A stretch of 63,130 nt of DNA, filler included, from Octopus bimaculoides (GCF_001194135.2; 5 parts of 5 records of this genome joined end to end with filler, not necessarily neighbours in it); one strand, 5' to 3'. Shown: positions 38,798 to 50,898, counted from the first letter of the whole stretch. Notes: generated by a model not told the origin, from the sequence alone. Translations and numbers: made by a program.

Positions 38798-38831
<34 letters not shown>

Positions 38832-38904
38832 TGCAGACACACACACACGCACGCACACACACACACACCATACACTCACGTACTCACTCACAAATATATA
38901 AGCG

Positions 38905-39270
38905 CTGACGTGGCTGTGTGGTACGAAGTTTACTTCGCAATCTCATGGTTATGGGTTCAGTTCCACTGCGTATCACCTTGGGCAAGTCGTCTCCTACTAT
39001 AGCCTTGGGCAGACCAAAGCCTTGTGAGTGGATTTGATAGATGGAAACTAAAAGAAGCTCATCATTAATATACATACATACATACATACATACATACATA
39101 CATACCAGAGTTTACATCTACGTAACTTAGCGGTTCGGCAAAAGTACCGATAGAATAAGTACTAAGCTTAAAATCAAAAAAATTACTGGGATCGATTCAT
39201 TCGAATAAATGTTTTTCAAGGTAGTGCCCCAGTGTGGCCGCAGTCTAATGACTGAAACAAGTTAAAGATA
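38905..39270 (+). mobile_element. SINE family C (tRNA-derived, CORE-like motif), full length
   Basis: GTGGCTGTGTGGTA..GGGTTCAGTTCCACTGCG (A/B boxes); ACCTTGGGCAAGT, which resembles the CORE-SINE motif; internal (TACA)n; tail ..GCAGTCTAATGACTGAAACAAGT. Confidence 0.85.
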
Positions 39271-39364
39271 ATATATATCTACTATATATGTGGAAAATCT
39301 GTGTGTGTTTGTTTGTGGCGTTGTTAGCTAGCTCCACCTACATCGTTTTATTGATTTTGATTAA

Positions 39365-39790
39365 ACTTGTCACGTGAGTAGAACTCATGTCTGAAAACCT
39401 CGTGACATACTTAGATTGTTAAAAAAAATCGATAATACAGCCCCTGGAAGGGACCTTTATATCTACCTCATATAACAATTTTTTCGTTTTTAAACACCCA
39501 AGGGAAATAACCCATAGAACCTGTACAATATTTTTTTTTAGATACTCAAGGAAATAGCCCATTTCATTGTTTATGTTCGATTAGTTTGAATATTGATTAT
39601 TCGTGTGTCCTATTTCTAATTTTTGCAGACATATCACTTTTATACTTTATTTGACACGTGAGTAGAACTCATGTCTGGAAACCTCGACATACTTACACTA
39701 TTGCAAAAAATCGATAATAGGGCCCCGCCAATGGATCCTTCTATCTACTACCTATTACTAATATTTTATTTAAACAACCCATACCACCTG
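39365..39790. repeat. Diverged tandem duplication, period about 285 bp
   Basis: CACGTGAGTAGAACTCATGTCTG(A/G)AAACCTCG..ACATACTTA..AAAAAATCGATAATA at 39371 and 39656. Confidence 0.75.
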
Positions 39791-39929
39791 CAGTTTTTAG
39801 CGAAGCGATCAATATTTGATTCTCACGATCAGCCGACTTAATTCTGTATTTCACTACTCACAGTTTTGAACTGCTAAACATTATTATTGCACTTCCTTAA
39901 TTTGAATCTTAAACCTTAAAGACTTCATT

Positions 39930-40362
39930 CATACATTTCTATACATACATACCTTTTTGAATGCCCATTACTCTGCATTTTTACAGTTACACTTTTCCCA
40001 TGACAGTGGATAAATTTTTTATGCCACAACGTATTTGTAGTGGCTTCATGCAGGCATAGCGTGGATTCAATTCTCGATTTCCAAATTTCACTTAACACTT
40101 CAACAGCGCTTTTCTCATGGTAAAACAATAGATGCCTTCGCTAAGCAGAATAATGTCTTTGCCTCTCGTCAACCTCTGACAACTTCTCTCACCAGCCTCC
40201 AACATTCTCTCCCTCCTCCAGCTGACAGTTTTTTGTACTTTTTCGTGACGGAAAATACACCTTTTGTGGCAGTTATAACGAAATAGCTTTCTTATATCAG
40301 AGTAAATAAGGCGTTTTAAAAGAACATCTTTACCCCCGGGAATTACCGGGTGCACCAGCTAG

Positions 40363-40365
<3 letters not shown>
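39930..40365 (-). mobile_element. Possible non-autonomous Helitron-like element
   Basis: Minus strand begins TACTAGCTGGTGCACCCGGTAATTCCCGGGGG, a 5' CTAG..CCCG..CGGG arrangement recalled from non-autonomous Helitron-like elements; no coding evidence. Confidence 0.35.
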
Positions 40366-40424
<59 letters not shown>

Positions 40425-40780
40425 TATGTTGTTGTACTTGGGGATAGTCATATTACCAGTTTAGCCAATAAAATATATATATATATGTATATTGCGATTA
40501 AACTTCTTAAAGAAAAGCCGAGACTGTGAGACCAAACAGAGATTTCTTGTAATAACAACAATTGAAATACATCATAAACGCACATCATTGAATATATCTT
40601 TATATATCTTATATGTTTCAAGTCTTAACTAGTGGTCTCGTTCAGCACTTGACACTTGGTGCTTCCAGCAGATTCCACTCTTTTGTAAAGTATTCAGACT
40701 ACCTCTGGGTATCTCTCGATACATATATCCTCCTCCTCCTCCTCCTCCTCCTCCTCATCATCATCATCATCATCATCATC

Positions 40781-40922
40781 AACTGGTACTTGATTTATCG
40801 ACTTCAAAAGGATGAAAAGCAAAGACGACTTCGGCGGAATTTGAACCCAGAACGTAGCGACGGACCAAATACCGCTAAGCATTTCATCCCCCGTGCTAAC
40901 GATTCTGCCAGCTCACGACCTT
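40781..40922 (-). mobile_element. SINE family A (5' part)
   Basis: AACTGGTACTT..TTTATCGAC..GAAAAGCAAAGACGACTTCGGCGGAATTTGAACCCAGAAC..TTCTGCCAGCTC. Confidence 0.85.
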
Positions 40923-41976
40923 AATAATAATANNNNNNNNNNNNNNNNNNNNNNNNNNNNNNNNNNNNNNNNNNNNNNNNNNNNNNNNNNNNNNNNNNNN
41001 NNNNNNNNNNNNNNNNNNNNNNNNNNNNNNNNNNNNNNNNNNNNNNNNNNNNNNNNNNNNNNNNNNNNNNNNNNNNNNNNNNNNNNNNNNNNNNNNNNNN
41101 NNNNNNNNNNNNNNNNNNNNNNNNNNNNNNNNNNNNNNNNNNNNNNNNNNNNNNNNNNNNNNNNNNNNNNNNNNNNNNNNNNNNNNNNNNNNNNNNNNNN
41201 NNNNNNNNNNNNNNNNNNNNNNNNNNNNNNNNNNNNNNNNNNNNNNNNNNNNNNNNNNNNNNNNNNNNNNNNNNNNNNNNNNNNNNNNNNNNNNNNNNNN
41301 NNNNNNNNNNNNNNNNNNNNNNNNNNNNNNNNNNNNNNNNNNNNNNNNNNNNNNNNNNNNNNNNNNNNNNNNNNNNNNNNNNNNNNNNNNNNNNNNNNNN
41401 NNNNNNNNNNNNNNNNNNNNNNNNNNNNNNNNNNNNNNNNNNNNNNNNNNNNNNNNNNNNNNNNNNNNNNNNNNNNNNNNNNNNNNNNNNNNNNNNNNNN
41501 NNNNNNNNNNNNNNNNNNNNNNNNNNNNNNNNNNNNNNNNNNNNNNNNNNNNNNNNNNNNNNNNNNNNNNNNNNNNNNNNNNNNNNNNNNNNNNNNNNNN
41601 NNNNNNNNNNNNNNNNNNNNNNNNNNNNNNNNNNNNNNNNNNNNNNNNNNNNNNNNNNNNNNNNNNNNNNNNNNNNNNNNNNNNNNNNNNNNNNNNNNNN
41701 NNNNNNNNNNNNNNNNNNNNNNNNNNNNNNNNNNNNNNNNNNNNNNNNNNNNNNNNNNNNNNNNNNNNNNNNNNNNNNNNNNNNNNNNNNNNNNNNNNNN
41801 NNNNNNNNNNNNNNNNNNNNNNNNNNNNNNNNNNNNNNNNNNNNNNNNNNNNNNNNNGTGAGTGAGTGAGTGAGAGAGAGAGGGGGAGAGAGTAAGATGA
41901 AGTACGAAAGATAGATATACATATGTATATGTGTGTGTGTGTGTGTGTGTGTCTATCTAAATTACACACACACGCG

Positions 41977-42064
<88 letters not shown>

Positions 42065-42789
42065 TACACGTACACACACATATGTATGTATGTATTGTGA
42101 GTATGTGGAATTAAAAGTATATCCGAATATATACAAATTTGTTGAAAGCGCGTTACTCAGTCGAAAAATCTCGCCTTCGACCTCATTCTTTTTAATATGC
42201 TAGAGTTGCGTCCCTGTAACATTGGCGTTAAAAAAAACTTGTCTCCCATGCATTTTATTAAAGATTTTTTGTTTTCTTTACTTTTTCTTGTTTTTTTTTT
42301 TTTTTCATTCTTAATATATTTCATAAATGATTTGGCAAAATTAATCAGATTTTGCTAAAAAGCATGCTTCTCACCAGAACAATATATTTAGATTACAATA
42401 CAGCCAGCTCCAACTGAAAAAAAAAAATTGATTAGGCAGTTGTAAATGGGTGAACGGAGTTAGAGAGAAAGAGAGACCGAATGTTAATAAAAATCATTCA
42501 GTTGTGTTAAAGAAATTCACTTATAAGAAAGACAAAAAAAAAGGTNNNNNNNNNNNNNNNNNNNNNNNNNNNNNNNNNNNNNNNNNNNNNNNNNNNNNNN
42601 NNNNNNNNNNNNNNNNNNNNNNNNNNNNNNNNNNNNNNNNNNNNNNNNNNNNNNNNNNNNNNNNNNNNNNNNNNNNNNNNNCTAACCAGTGTCTACAAAC
42701 AAAATAAGAAGACACACGCCGTCGTTATAGCTGTCTTATTTGCTACATGGTGAAAACTGAGCAAGAACCACCTCGATAATAAGATCAGT

Positions 42790-42792
42790 GAT

Positions 42793-42845
<53 letters not shown>

Positions 42846-43132
42846 CGATGACGATGACGACGATAATTACAATGGTGGTGGTATTGGTGGAGCGGGTATA
42901 TGCGCTGATTGATGGTGAAGGTTGTTTGGCGTAGTGGTAGTGGTGCCAGCAGTTATATAAATGATGGTAGGAGTGGTGATGGTGATGGTGATGGTGATGG
43001 TGATGGTAAGTGGAGGTGGTGGCCGTGAATGTGAGGTATTTATGGCGTTATGATGTTATGGTGTGGCGGAGTTAGTTATGTTAAGGGTTGTGATGATACT
43101 GGACGTGCAGAACTCTTTATTATTAAGGTTTT

Positions 43133-43164
<32 letters not shown>

Positions 43165-43345
43165 AACGATGTTGCTGTTGGTGGTGGTGGCGACGGCGGA
43201 AACGGTGAGGATGATGATGATGATGGTGGGTCATGCGTGTTCGTGGTAATGGTTGCAACATCGTCTATTCCTTTATTGGTTCTTTTCAAAAAGAACAACA
43301 ACAACAACAACAATAACAATAACAACAACAACAATCATAATAATG

Positions 43346-43410
<65 letters not shown>
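42790..43410 (+). repeat. Compound trinucleotide field (GAC/GAT, GGT, AAC, AAT)
   Basis: Directly visible; 42794-42862 has a 21-bp higher-order unit GACGACGATGACGATGACGAT. Confidence 0.9.
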
Positions 43411-43413
<3 letters not shown>

Positions 43414-43449
43414 GATGTAGTGTCAGACAGTGGCTCTCATGGCTTCTGA

Positions 43450-43932
43450 TCTTAACTGATTGGAAGTGTTACCATGTACATTGTTTTGTCTTGGTATAAA
43501 AGATGGGCTACAGCAAAGATTTTGCTCACCTTAACCAGTTGAGCATGTCCCTTGGTGACTGATGATATGTGCATCTCTGATCACGAGCAGAAGTAGTGGG
43601 GGAGCATCATAGTCATGTGTTGAGAGGAATTCTATGGGGTTTGAATAATTCACCTCAGGAAACATGGGTGTTTTGTTCAACATCGTTCAACAATCCTTAT
43701 TCAAGGACCATTTGAGTGGAACGGGATACTCGACTTGAAGAAAATTCTAACTGGGCCCTACCTGCAAGGTCATGCGCTGTTTATTTTGATATGAGATCAC
43801 CATATCGCGCACATATGGTTGTGTTGCATGCGCCTGGTGTACCCTTATCAGACGGGTAGTTATGATGGGTATACAGGGTTTCGCATATTTCACCCCAGTG
43901 CCACTTTGATGGCATGCACTGCTCTCTCACTC

Positions 43933-43985
<53 letters not shown>
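43450..43985 (+). mobile_element. Unclassified retroposon 3' segment with (AAT)n tail
   Basis: About 480 bp of non-coding sequence ending CTGCTCTCTCACTC followed by about 17 AAT units, typical of a LINE/SINE 3' end; family not established from this window. Confidence 0.45.
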
Positions 43986-43987
<2 letters not shown>

Positions 43988-43989
43988 TA

Positions 43990-44194
43990 CTATAGACACA
44001 AGGCCTGAAATTTGGGGAAGGGAGATAATCGATTATATCGACCCCAGTGCGTAATTGTTACTTAATTTATCGAGCCTGAAAGGATGACAGGCAAAGTCGA
44101 CCCCGGCGGAATTTGAACTCAGAACGTAGCGACGGGCGAAATACCGCTAAGCATTTCACCTGGCGTGCTAAGGATTCTACCACCTCACCGCCTT
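43990..44194 (-). mobile_element. SINE family A (a second partial copy follows at 44205-44277)
   Basis: GTCGACCCCGGCGGAATTTGAACTCAGAACGTAGCGACGGGCGAAATACCGCTAAGCATTTC. Confidence 0.88.
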
Positions 44195-44277
44195 AATAAC
44201 GATAATAAAAATGGTTTCAAATTTTTTCCACAGGGGCAGCAGTTTTGCGGGAGGTAGATAGTCGATTACATCGACCC

Positions 44278-44377
44278 NNNNNNNNNNNNNNNNNNNNNNN
44301 NNNNNNNNNNNNNNNNNNNNNTTAATTAATTAANNNNNNNNNNNNNNNNNNNNNNNNNNNNNNNNNNNNNNNNNNNN
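44278..44377. other. Synthetic assembly linker 44N-TTAATTAATTAA-44N
   Basis: Exact 100-nt structure. Confidence 0.95.
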
Positions 44378-44617
44378 ATATATATATATATATATATATA
44401 TATAATACAAAGAATATATATGCATGTATACACACATATATGTACATACTTACATCTACATGTGTATGTGGCTATCTGTTTTCCTATGTATTCGTAACCT
44501 GTTATGCATCTATATACAGATGTAGATGTATGTACATATATGTGTGCATACATGCATATATATTCTTTGTATTATTACATCATCGAACGCACGCGTCCTT
44601 TTTGCAAGTAAGTTTGT

Positions 44618-44662
<45 letters not shown>

Positions 44663-45179
44663 TTCGTTTTGGGATTTAGTTTGCAAGATTTTTTATGTGA
44701 TTTCGTGTGTTGAAGCATATTCTGTTGTGTCTGGGGAGAGTCATTTTCTTATTGTGCCTTAAAATNNNNNNNNNNATATATATATGGGTGAGATGTGGGT
44801 GAGATGTAATAATAAAGGAGATGGCTTTATGCCAGATGTTGATAGACTAAAGTATGATAGAGGGACAGGAGATACATGGTAATATGACTGTATACGCTGT
44901 TTAGAGCTTGGCTTTCAAACACTTTATTTTGAAATATTTTCAATGTTATACTGGTCAACATTATTCCAGAAGCAAAACCATCCATTATCGATTTTTTCCT
45001 TTCTTTCTTTTTTTTCTTCTTTTATTTTTTGTCTTTTTTTTTTTCTTATTTCTGCATAGCATTGAGTGCTATTGACTTTGTTGAAAACGATGAAGGAAAA
45101 TTGAGATATTGACAACCACTGACAAACAGTTGAAGGATAACAAAAGAATGAATGTACAGAGTGAGAAATGAGAAAGAAG

Positions 45180-45220
45180 TAGGATAGACAGACAGACAGA
45201 CAGACAGATAGACAAATAGG

Positions 45221-45279
<59 letters not shown>

Positions 45280-45294
45280 GGAGAGAAAGAGAGA

Positions 45295-45332
<38 letters not shown>

Positions 45333-45397
45333 CAGACAGATAGACAGACAGACAAACGGACAGATAGATAGACAGACAGGCAGGCAGGCAGGCAGGC

Positions 45398-45428
<31 letters not shown>

Positions 45429-45460
45429 TAGATAGATAGATAAATAGATAGATAGATAGA

Positions 45461-45502
<42 letters not shown>

Positions 45503-45595
45503 CAGACAGATAGACAGACAGACAGACTAACAAACAGACAGACAGACAGACAGACTAACAGACAGACAGACAGACAAGCAGGCAGGCAGGCAGGC

Positions 45596-45630
<35 letters not shown>

Positions 45631-45654
45631 TAGACAGACAGATAGATAGATATG

Positions 45655-45733
<79 letters not shown>
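45180..45733 (+). repeat. Compound (GATA)/(GACA)/(GGCA)/(GA) microsatellite
   Basis: Directly visible; source of the [12 protein letters not shown] pseudo-ORFs. Confidence 0.95.
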
Positions 45734-46123
45734 CTCAAAAGAAAGATGTGAGAAATTAAAGAAATTTATAAATGATATGAAGTGGGAAAGATAATGAGAA
45801 ACGAAGAGAAGGGCTGGGCCGGATTTAAGAAAGGGGAAGAAGCAAAGCCCAAAGGTAAAGAGAAAGCAAATAATAGAAAACAATACAAAACAAGAGCACT
45901 CAGAAAGAGCAAACTTCCGCCAAGGCAACAACAACATCCTCTCAACGATTTGCCGGAGATGATTTTTAAAATGAGAATATTTGAAATAAACTCGTCTGCT
46001 CTCACAAATGAGAATACTAAATATGAATCCGACCGCTCTCAGAAATTAAGTAAAAAAGACAAAAATGGAAAAATAATCCAGAATCCTTGTCCGGTACCGG
46101 ATCGATCCCAAAATCTAATCAGT

Positions 46124-47799
46124 GCGAGTCACAATTTGTGTGTTCGTGAAGAAGGTAAATATTGTTGAAGCGTCTCACGCGTGCTGCTGTTGTTGTTCTT
46201 TTTTTCCCCCCAGTTTGGGTGAAAGGTGGTCCCTCCGATATGGAGACCTACGCAGGGGTCGCTGCGGCGAGAACATCCACGTCACTTGAAGCAAAGCAAA
46301 TTGACGTTAATATGGAGGAGGTTTTGAGAAGTGAGCAATGGATAAGAAAGGAGGGAGATACTATTAAGTTGATTCCTCCAACAGAGTCGAAAATTGATAA
46401 GAGTCGGAGAACGGTGGTATATAGGATACAAGTGGTCGCCACCAACAAGATAGAGATGGTAAAGGAAGAAGAAATCGAAGAATGTTTGGGAGAAATTCTG
46501 AAGAGAGCTACGTTCATTGGCAGAGGAAGAAGATTCGGCACGGTGGAGGTGAGGTTTGCCACAAAGGAAGGGGCAGCCATGCATTCCACCACCATCCTGA
46601 AGACAGAGAAGGTGGCGCTGCTTCCCACTTGCAGGGGAAGGCACAGTGTTCAGATCAGGATACCGAGAGCCCCGCCCGAAATTAAAACAGAGTGATTAGT
46701 GGCAGCTGTTCTGGCTGCAACCGAGGATGAACCTGAGCTGGGACCAGTGGGAGAGACAAAAATGTTGAAATGGTAGGGATATGGGGGTCGAAATGTGGTT
46801 TTTTGTCACATTCGAAGACATAGAACGAATCCCCTATCAGATTGAGGTCGAGGAGGAGAAAACTTTGAATGTGGTAGTGGAAGGAAGGAGACCCAATTGT
46901 TACTTATGCGGTATGAGGGGTCACATGAGGACCAAGTGCCCCTTATTTGAATTTACGCGGAGGGAAAAGGGGGTGGAGAAGGAGCAAAGGAAAGAGCAGA
47001 GGGAGGAGAAATTACAAGTAAAGAAAGATAAAGACAAGGCGGATAGTACCCAGGTAGTCAAAGAGAAGAAAAAGTGTGAAGAAACAAAGGAAAAGAATGA
47101 CAATGAGGTTATCAAACCCAAAAGAAGGAAGAAATCAAAGGTAAAAAGCAAGAAAGGTAAGGGAAAATTTGAAGCTAAAAACAAACAAGAGAAAAAAGAA
47201 AAAGTAGTGGAAGAACTATGTAAATACAAAGGGGTCCTGATAAGATATGAGAAGAGTGAGGACGCGGAAAGAGAAATCGCGGAATGGAAGGGACAGATAA
47301 GAGTGAAGATGACTGGAAGAGAGTTTGAAGCAAATGAAGGATTTGTTTTAATATCTGAAGAAGAGCATGAGAGATTCATAGAGGAAATTGATGTAGAAGC
47401 AAGGAGACGAGTATGTCGGTTGCGTGAGATTCCACCTCCTGTAATCGAATATGAGGAGTTGAAAAGAATAGAAATAACATAGGACATTTAATTTTAAATA
47501 AAAAATCTGGAAAAATCTAATGTAAATTTTGTGAGAGAAAAAAAAGGAAAAAAAGAAAAAGAGAAAAAGGAAGAATGTATATACATAGACTTTTATGTTA
47601 AAGAGAAAAACTGACTAAATGTAACCACTCGACTTCGGGGTTCGAGTGGGCATTACGCCTCATTCTCATTTTTTATATTATTCGTTTATTTTATTTTTTC
47701 TGCTGATTCTATCTCCTTTTTGTAATTTTTAGTTCTCCGTTTGTTTTGTCTGTTTTGTCTCGATTTCTATGTAGCCTTTCATAGGTAATAAAAAAAAAA
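46124..47799 (+). mobile_element. ORF1-only non-LTR retroelement (HAL1-like), 1676 bp
   Basis: Perfect 21-bp TSD CGATCCCAAAATCTAATCAGT (46103-46123, 47800-47820); AATAAA merging into a poly(A) at 47787-47799; single gag-like ORF; no endonuclease or RT between the ORF stop and the poly(A). Confidence 0.8.
46240..47482 (+). pseudogene. L1/Tx1-type ORF1-like protein (RRM-like region, CCHC knuckle, K/E-rich tail), about 413 codons
   Basis: METYAGVAAA..RRTVVYRI..ATFIGRGRRFGTVEVRF..VQIRIPRAPPEI; CYLCGMRGHMRTKC (CX2CX4HX4C) at 46898-46939. Interrupted by TGA 46693-95, TAG 46774-76 and one +1 frameshift in the G run near 46783-87. Confidence 0.75.
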
Positions 47800-48440
47800 C
47801 GATCCCAAAATCTAATCAGTTAGTGCCAGTCACGGGGCCAAGCATCCTTGAAAGTTTCATCCGAATCCAAAGAAACATAACTGAAAACAATNNNNNNNNN
47901 NNNNNNNNNNNNNNNNNNNNNNNNNNNNNNNNNNNNNNNNNNNNNNNNNNNNNNNNNNNNNNNNNNNNNNNNNNNNNNNNNNNNNNNNNNNNNNNNNNNN
48001 NNNNNNNNNNNNNNNNNNNNNNNNNNNNNNNNNNNNNNNNNNNNNNNNNNNNNNNNNNNNNNNNNNNNNNNNNNNNNNNNNNNNNNNNNNNNNNNNNNNN
48101 NNNNNNNNNNNNNNNNNNNNNNNNNNNNNNNNNNNNNNNNNNNNNNNNNNNNNNNNNNNNNNNNNNNNNNNNNNNNNNNNNNNNNNNNNNNNNNNNNNNN
48201 NNNNNNNNNNNNNNNNNNNNNNNNNNNNNNNNNNNNNNNNNNNNNNNNNNNNNNNNNNNNNNNNNNNNNNNNNNNNNNNNNNNNNNNNNNNNNNNNNNNN
48301 NNNNNNNNNNNNNNNNNNNNNNNNNNNNNNNNNNNNNNNNNNNNNNNNNNNNNNNNNNNNNNNNNNNNNNNNNNNNNNNNNNNNNNNNNNNNNNNNNNNN
48401 NNNNNNNNNNNNNNNNNNNNNNNNNNNNNNNNNNNNNNNN

Positions 48441-48481
<41 letters not shown>

Positions 48482-49214
48482 ACTCATAGAATTGATAATA
48501 CTGAAAACAGCAAAACGTACACACACGAAGTTCAAGCGAAACGAAATATAGTCAATATAGGTGCAAAACATACTTTCTATAGCATAGTTATGCTATAAAA
48601 TATGGAAAGTCACCAATTTCGCAAAAGTTAGTATGTGTCACCAATATAAGAAAGTACAGAAAGTCAACATTTATCTGGAACACGTACTAAATGTTATAAA
48701 ATTCACGATTGAATGAATGTCACGGTGAAAAAAGTGAAAGTCCAAGAAAATTCAGAAGACATAATTCAATTTTTCATACAAAAATAATTTATTTTACAAT
48801 TTTGAAACAAACGATGAACCAAGTGTATAAAAAGGAAGATTCTGCTTTCGAACTGTGTGACATTATAGGCTGTAGAATAAATAATGAGTAACGCAGTGAT
48901 GAAGAATACAAGGACTGTTAAAAAAAACATTATCTTAAAACTGGGTTTTTTCTCAACAAAAAGCAATGCAGTAGTTGTATGCTGTCAACTTAATGTGACA
49001 GTCCCCTGAAGGGAATAATACTACTGTTGGTTAGGAAGCTGCACCGCTTCCTGTCGGCCTTGACACATTTCCTGTGTCCTTATGTTTACAAGGGGGAGAC
49101 AAGCACCTCCACCAGCTAAGCCTGTTTCCAGAGACATGTTTCTGAGTCTTTGCTCGTCATCATCTCTCTCAGAGAGATTTAGAAATGTATTATTTCTAAA
49201 AAGCAATGCAGTTT

Positions 49215-50049
49215 ATCAAAGTATGCACCTAAATTATCAACACAATTTTGCCATTTTATCGGTAGCTTATTTATGCCGGCAGCGAAGAATTCTGGAGAGC
49301 AAGAGGTGATGAAATCATGAAAGGCTGTTTTTGCATCTTCTTCAGATTTGAAGTTTTTACCTTGCAAAATGTTGTCTAATGCCTGGAAAACATGATAGTC
49401 AGTTGGTGCAAAGTTTGGTGAATATGGTAGGTGACAGAGTCCTTGCAAGTTCAGTTCCTGTAACTTGAGTAGCGTTCTTTGTGCAACATGTGGTCGAGCA
49501 TTTTTTTGTAAGAGAATTGGCCTGTCTCTGTTGACCAATCTCGGTTGTTTATTTCAGATGGTCCAATACAGTTGGAAAAGAAACATAAAACCTCGCTGCT
49601 AACTCACTAGTAGTTTGAGATGTATCCGCTTCCACTACAGTTTCCAGCTCATCATTATCCATCTTGGTCACAGGTCAACTTCGGGGCTGATTTTCAAGAG
49701 CAAAGTCACCAAACCGGAACTTCTCTAACCATCGGCGTACAGCGCGCTCATTCGTCACATCTTCACCAAACACCTCATTGATGTTTCAAACTGTCTGGGC
49801 CGCATTGGTTCCACAACGAAACTCATATTCATTAACAACACAAATTCTTAATATAGCCATGGGTTCACAAAAATTGATTTTCAAGAGAAAACTCACAATA
49901 TAATCAGACACTATTAGTTGCATTTCGAAAAGTGATGAAGTACCTCCTCAATGTTATAAAAGAAAGAATTGTCAGGATAAAGACAAAAGAGTTAACGACA
50001 GTCAAACTTGGAACATAAGAACATTGGACATTTCATTCTTAATGACCTG

Positions 50050-50050
<1 letters not shown>
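49215..50050 (-). mobile_element. Internally deleted mariner (Hsmar1/SETMAR-like) relic
   Basis: N-terminal HTH YEFRCGTNAAQTV*NINEVFGEDVTNERAVRRWLEKFRFGDF..LDHLK fused directly to the C-terminus PILLQKNARPHVAQ..LPYSPNFAPTDYHVF..KLPIKWQNCVDNLGAYFD; candidate 5' TIR TCAGGTCATT preceded by TA at 50052-51. Confidence 0.85.
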
Positions 50051-50082
<32 letters not shown>

Positions 50083-50154
50083 TGTATATGTATATGTACA
50101 TATGTATGCATGTATGTATATGTATATATGTATGTATATGTACACACACACACA

Positions 50155-50336
50155 CAGAGTCCGCCAAAAGATGTATGCACACTTCAGGAAAGGAAAAATT
50201 TGTAAAATATTTAAGTACCTCTATAAATGTAAATACTTTTTTCGATGTTTTATCAAATTGCCATAACACTGAATAAAAATATTTATACACATTTTTTCCT
50301 TTCCTCATTGTCTATACATTTTGGGGGCAGACTCTG
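50155..50336. mobile_element. Tc1/mariner-type MITE, 182 bp
   Basis: Imperfect TIRs of about 44 bp, CAGAGTCCGCC..ATGTAT..AGGAAAGGAAAAA / TTTTTCCTTTCCT..ATACAT..GGCAGACTCTG, followed by TA. Confidence 0.7.
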
Positions 50337-50389
50337 TATGTGTGTGTACGTGCGTACGTATGTATGCATGTGTATGTATGTATATCTGA

Positions 50390-50620
50390 TTTCTTTATTG
50401 CCCACTAGGGGCTAAACATAGAGGTGACAAACAAGAACAGACAAATGGATTAAGTCGATTACATCGACCCCAGTGCGTAACTGGTACTTAATTTATCGAC
50501 CCTGAAAGGATGAAAGGCAAAGTCGACCACCGCGGAATTTGAACTCAGAACGTAACGGTAGACGAAATACCGCTAAGCATTTCGCCCGCCGTGCTAACGT
50601 TTCTGCCAGCTCGCCGCCTT
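50390..50620 (-). mobile_element. SINE family A, full length
   Basis: Matches the reverse complement of 36794-37030. Confidence 0.9.
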
Positions 50621-50856
50621 TGTATGTATATATGTATATATGTATGTATATCTGTAAGTATATATGCATACATATATATATATATATTTTTTTCTTTGCT
50701 TGTTTCTCTCCTTGTTTCTTTCTGTGTTCCTTTCTGTCGAAGAGCGTAGGCTCCAAACGTTAAAGACTTTTTCGCTTCCCGAACGTTATACTAATACATC
50801 CATTTGTTGTTTACACCACCTGTCTTCGTCTTTTTGTTTTTTGTGAATTCTCCCTA

Positions 50857-50898
<42 letters not shown>

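Larger units (their letters stand above)
45889..47891 (+). mobile_element. Host repeat (possibly Helentron-associated non-autonomous type) split by the ORF1-only insertion
   Basis: 45889-46123 (AACAAGAGCACTCAGAAAGAGCAAACTTCCGCCAAGGC..) continues at 47821 (TAGTGCCAGTCACGGGGCCAAGCATCCTTGAAAGTTTCATCCGAATCC). Classification is recalled, not shown; the 3' end falls in an N gap. Confidence 0.45.

Noticed and set aside
40605-40660. Hammerhead-like CTGAACGA..GAAAC on the minus strand
   Set aside because: The core has an extra base and stem II does not pair.
1384-48571. ORFs made mostly of X (1384-2490, 40893-42077, 47816-48571 and others)
   Set aside because: They run through N gaps.
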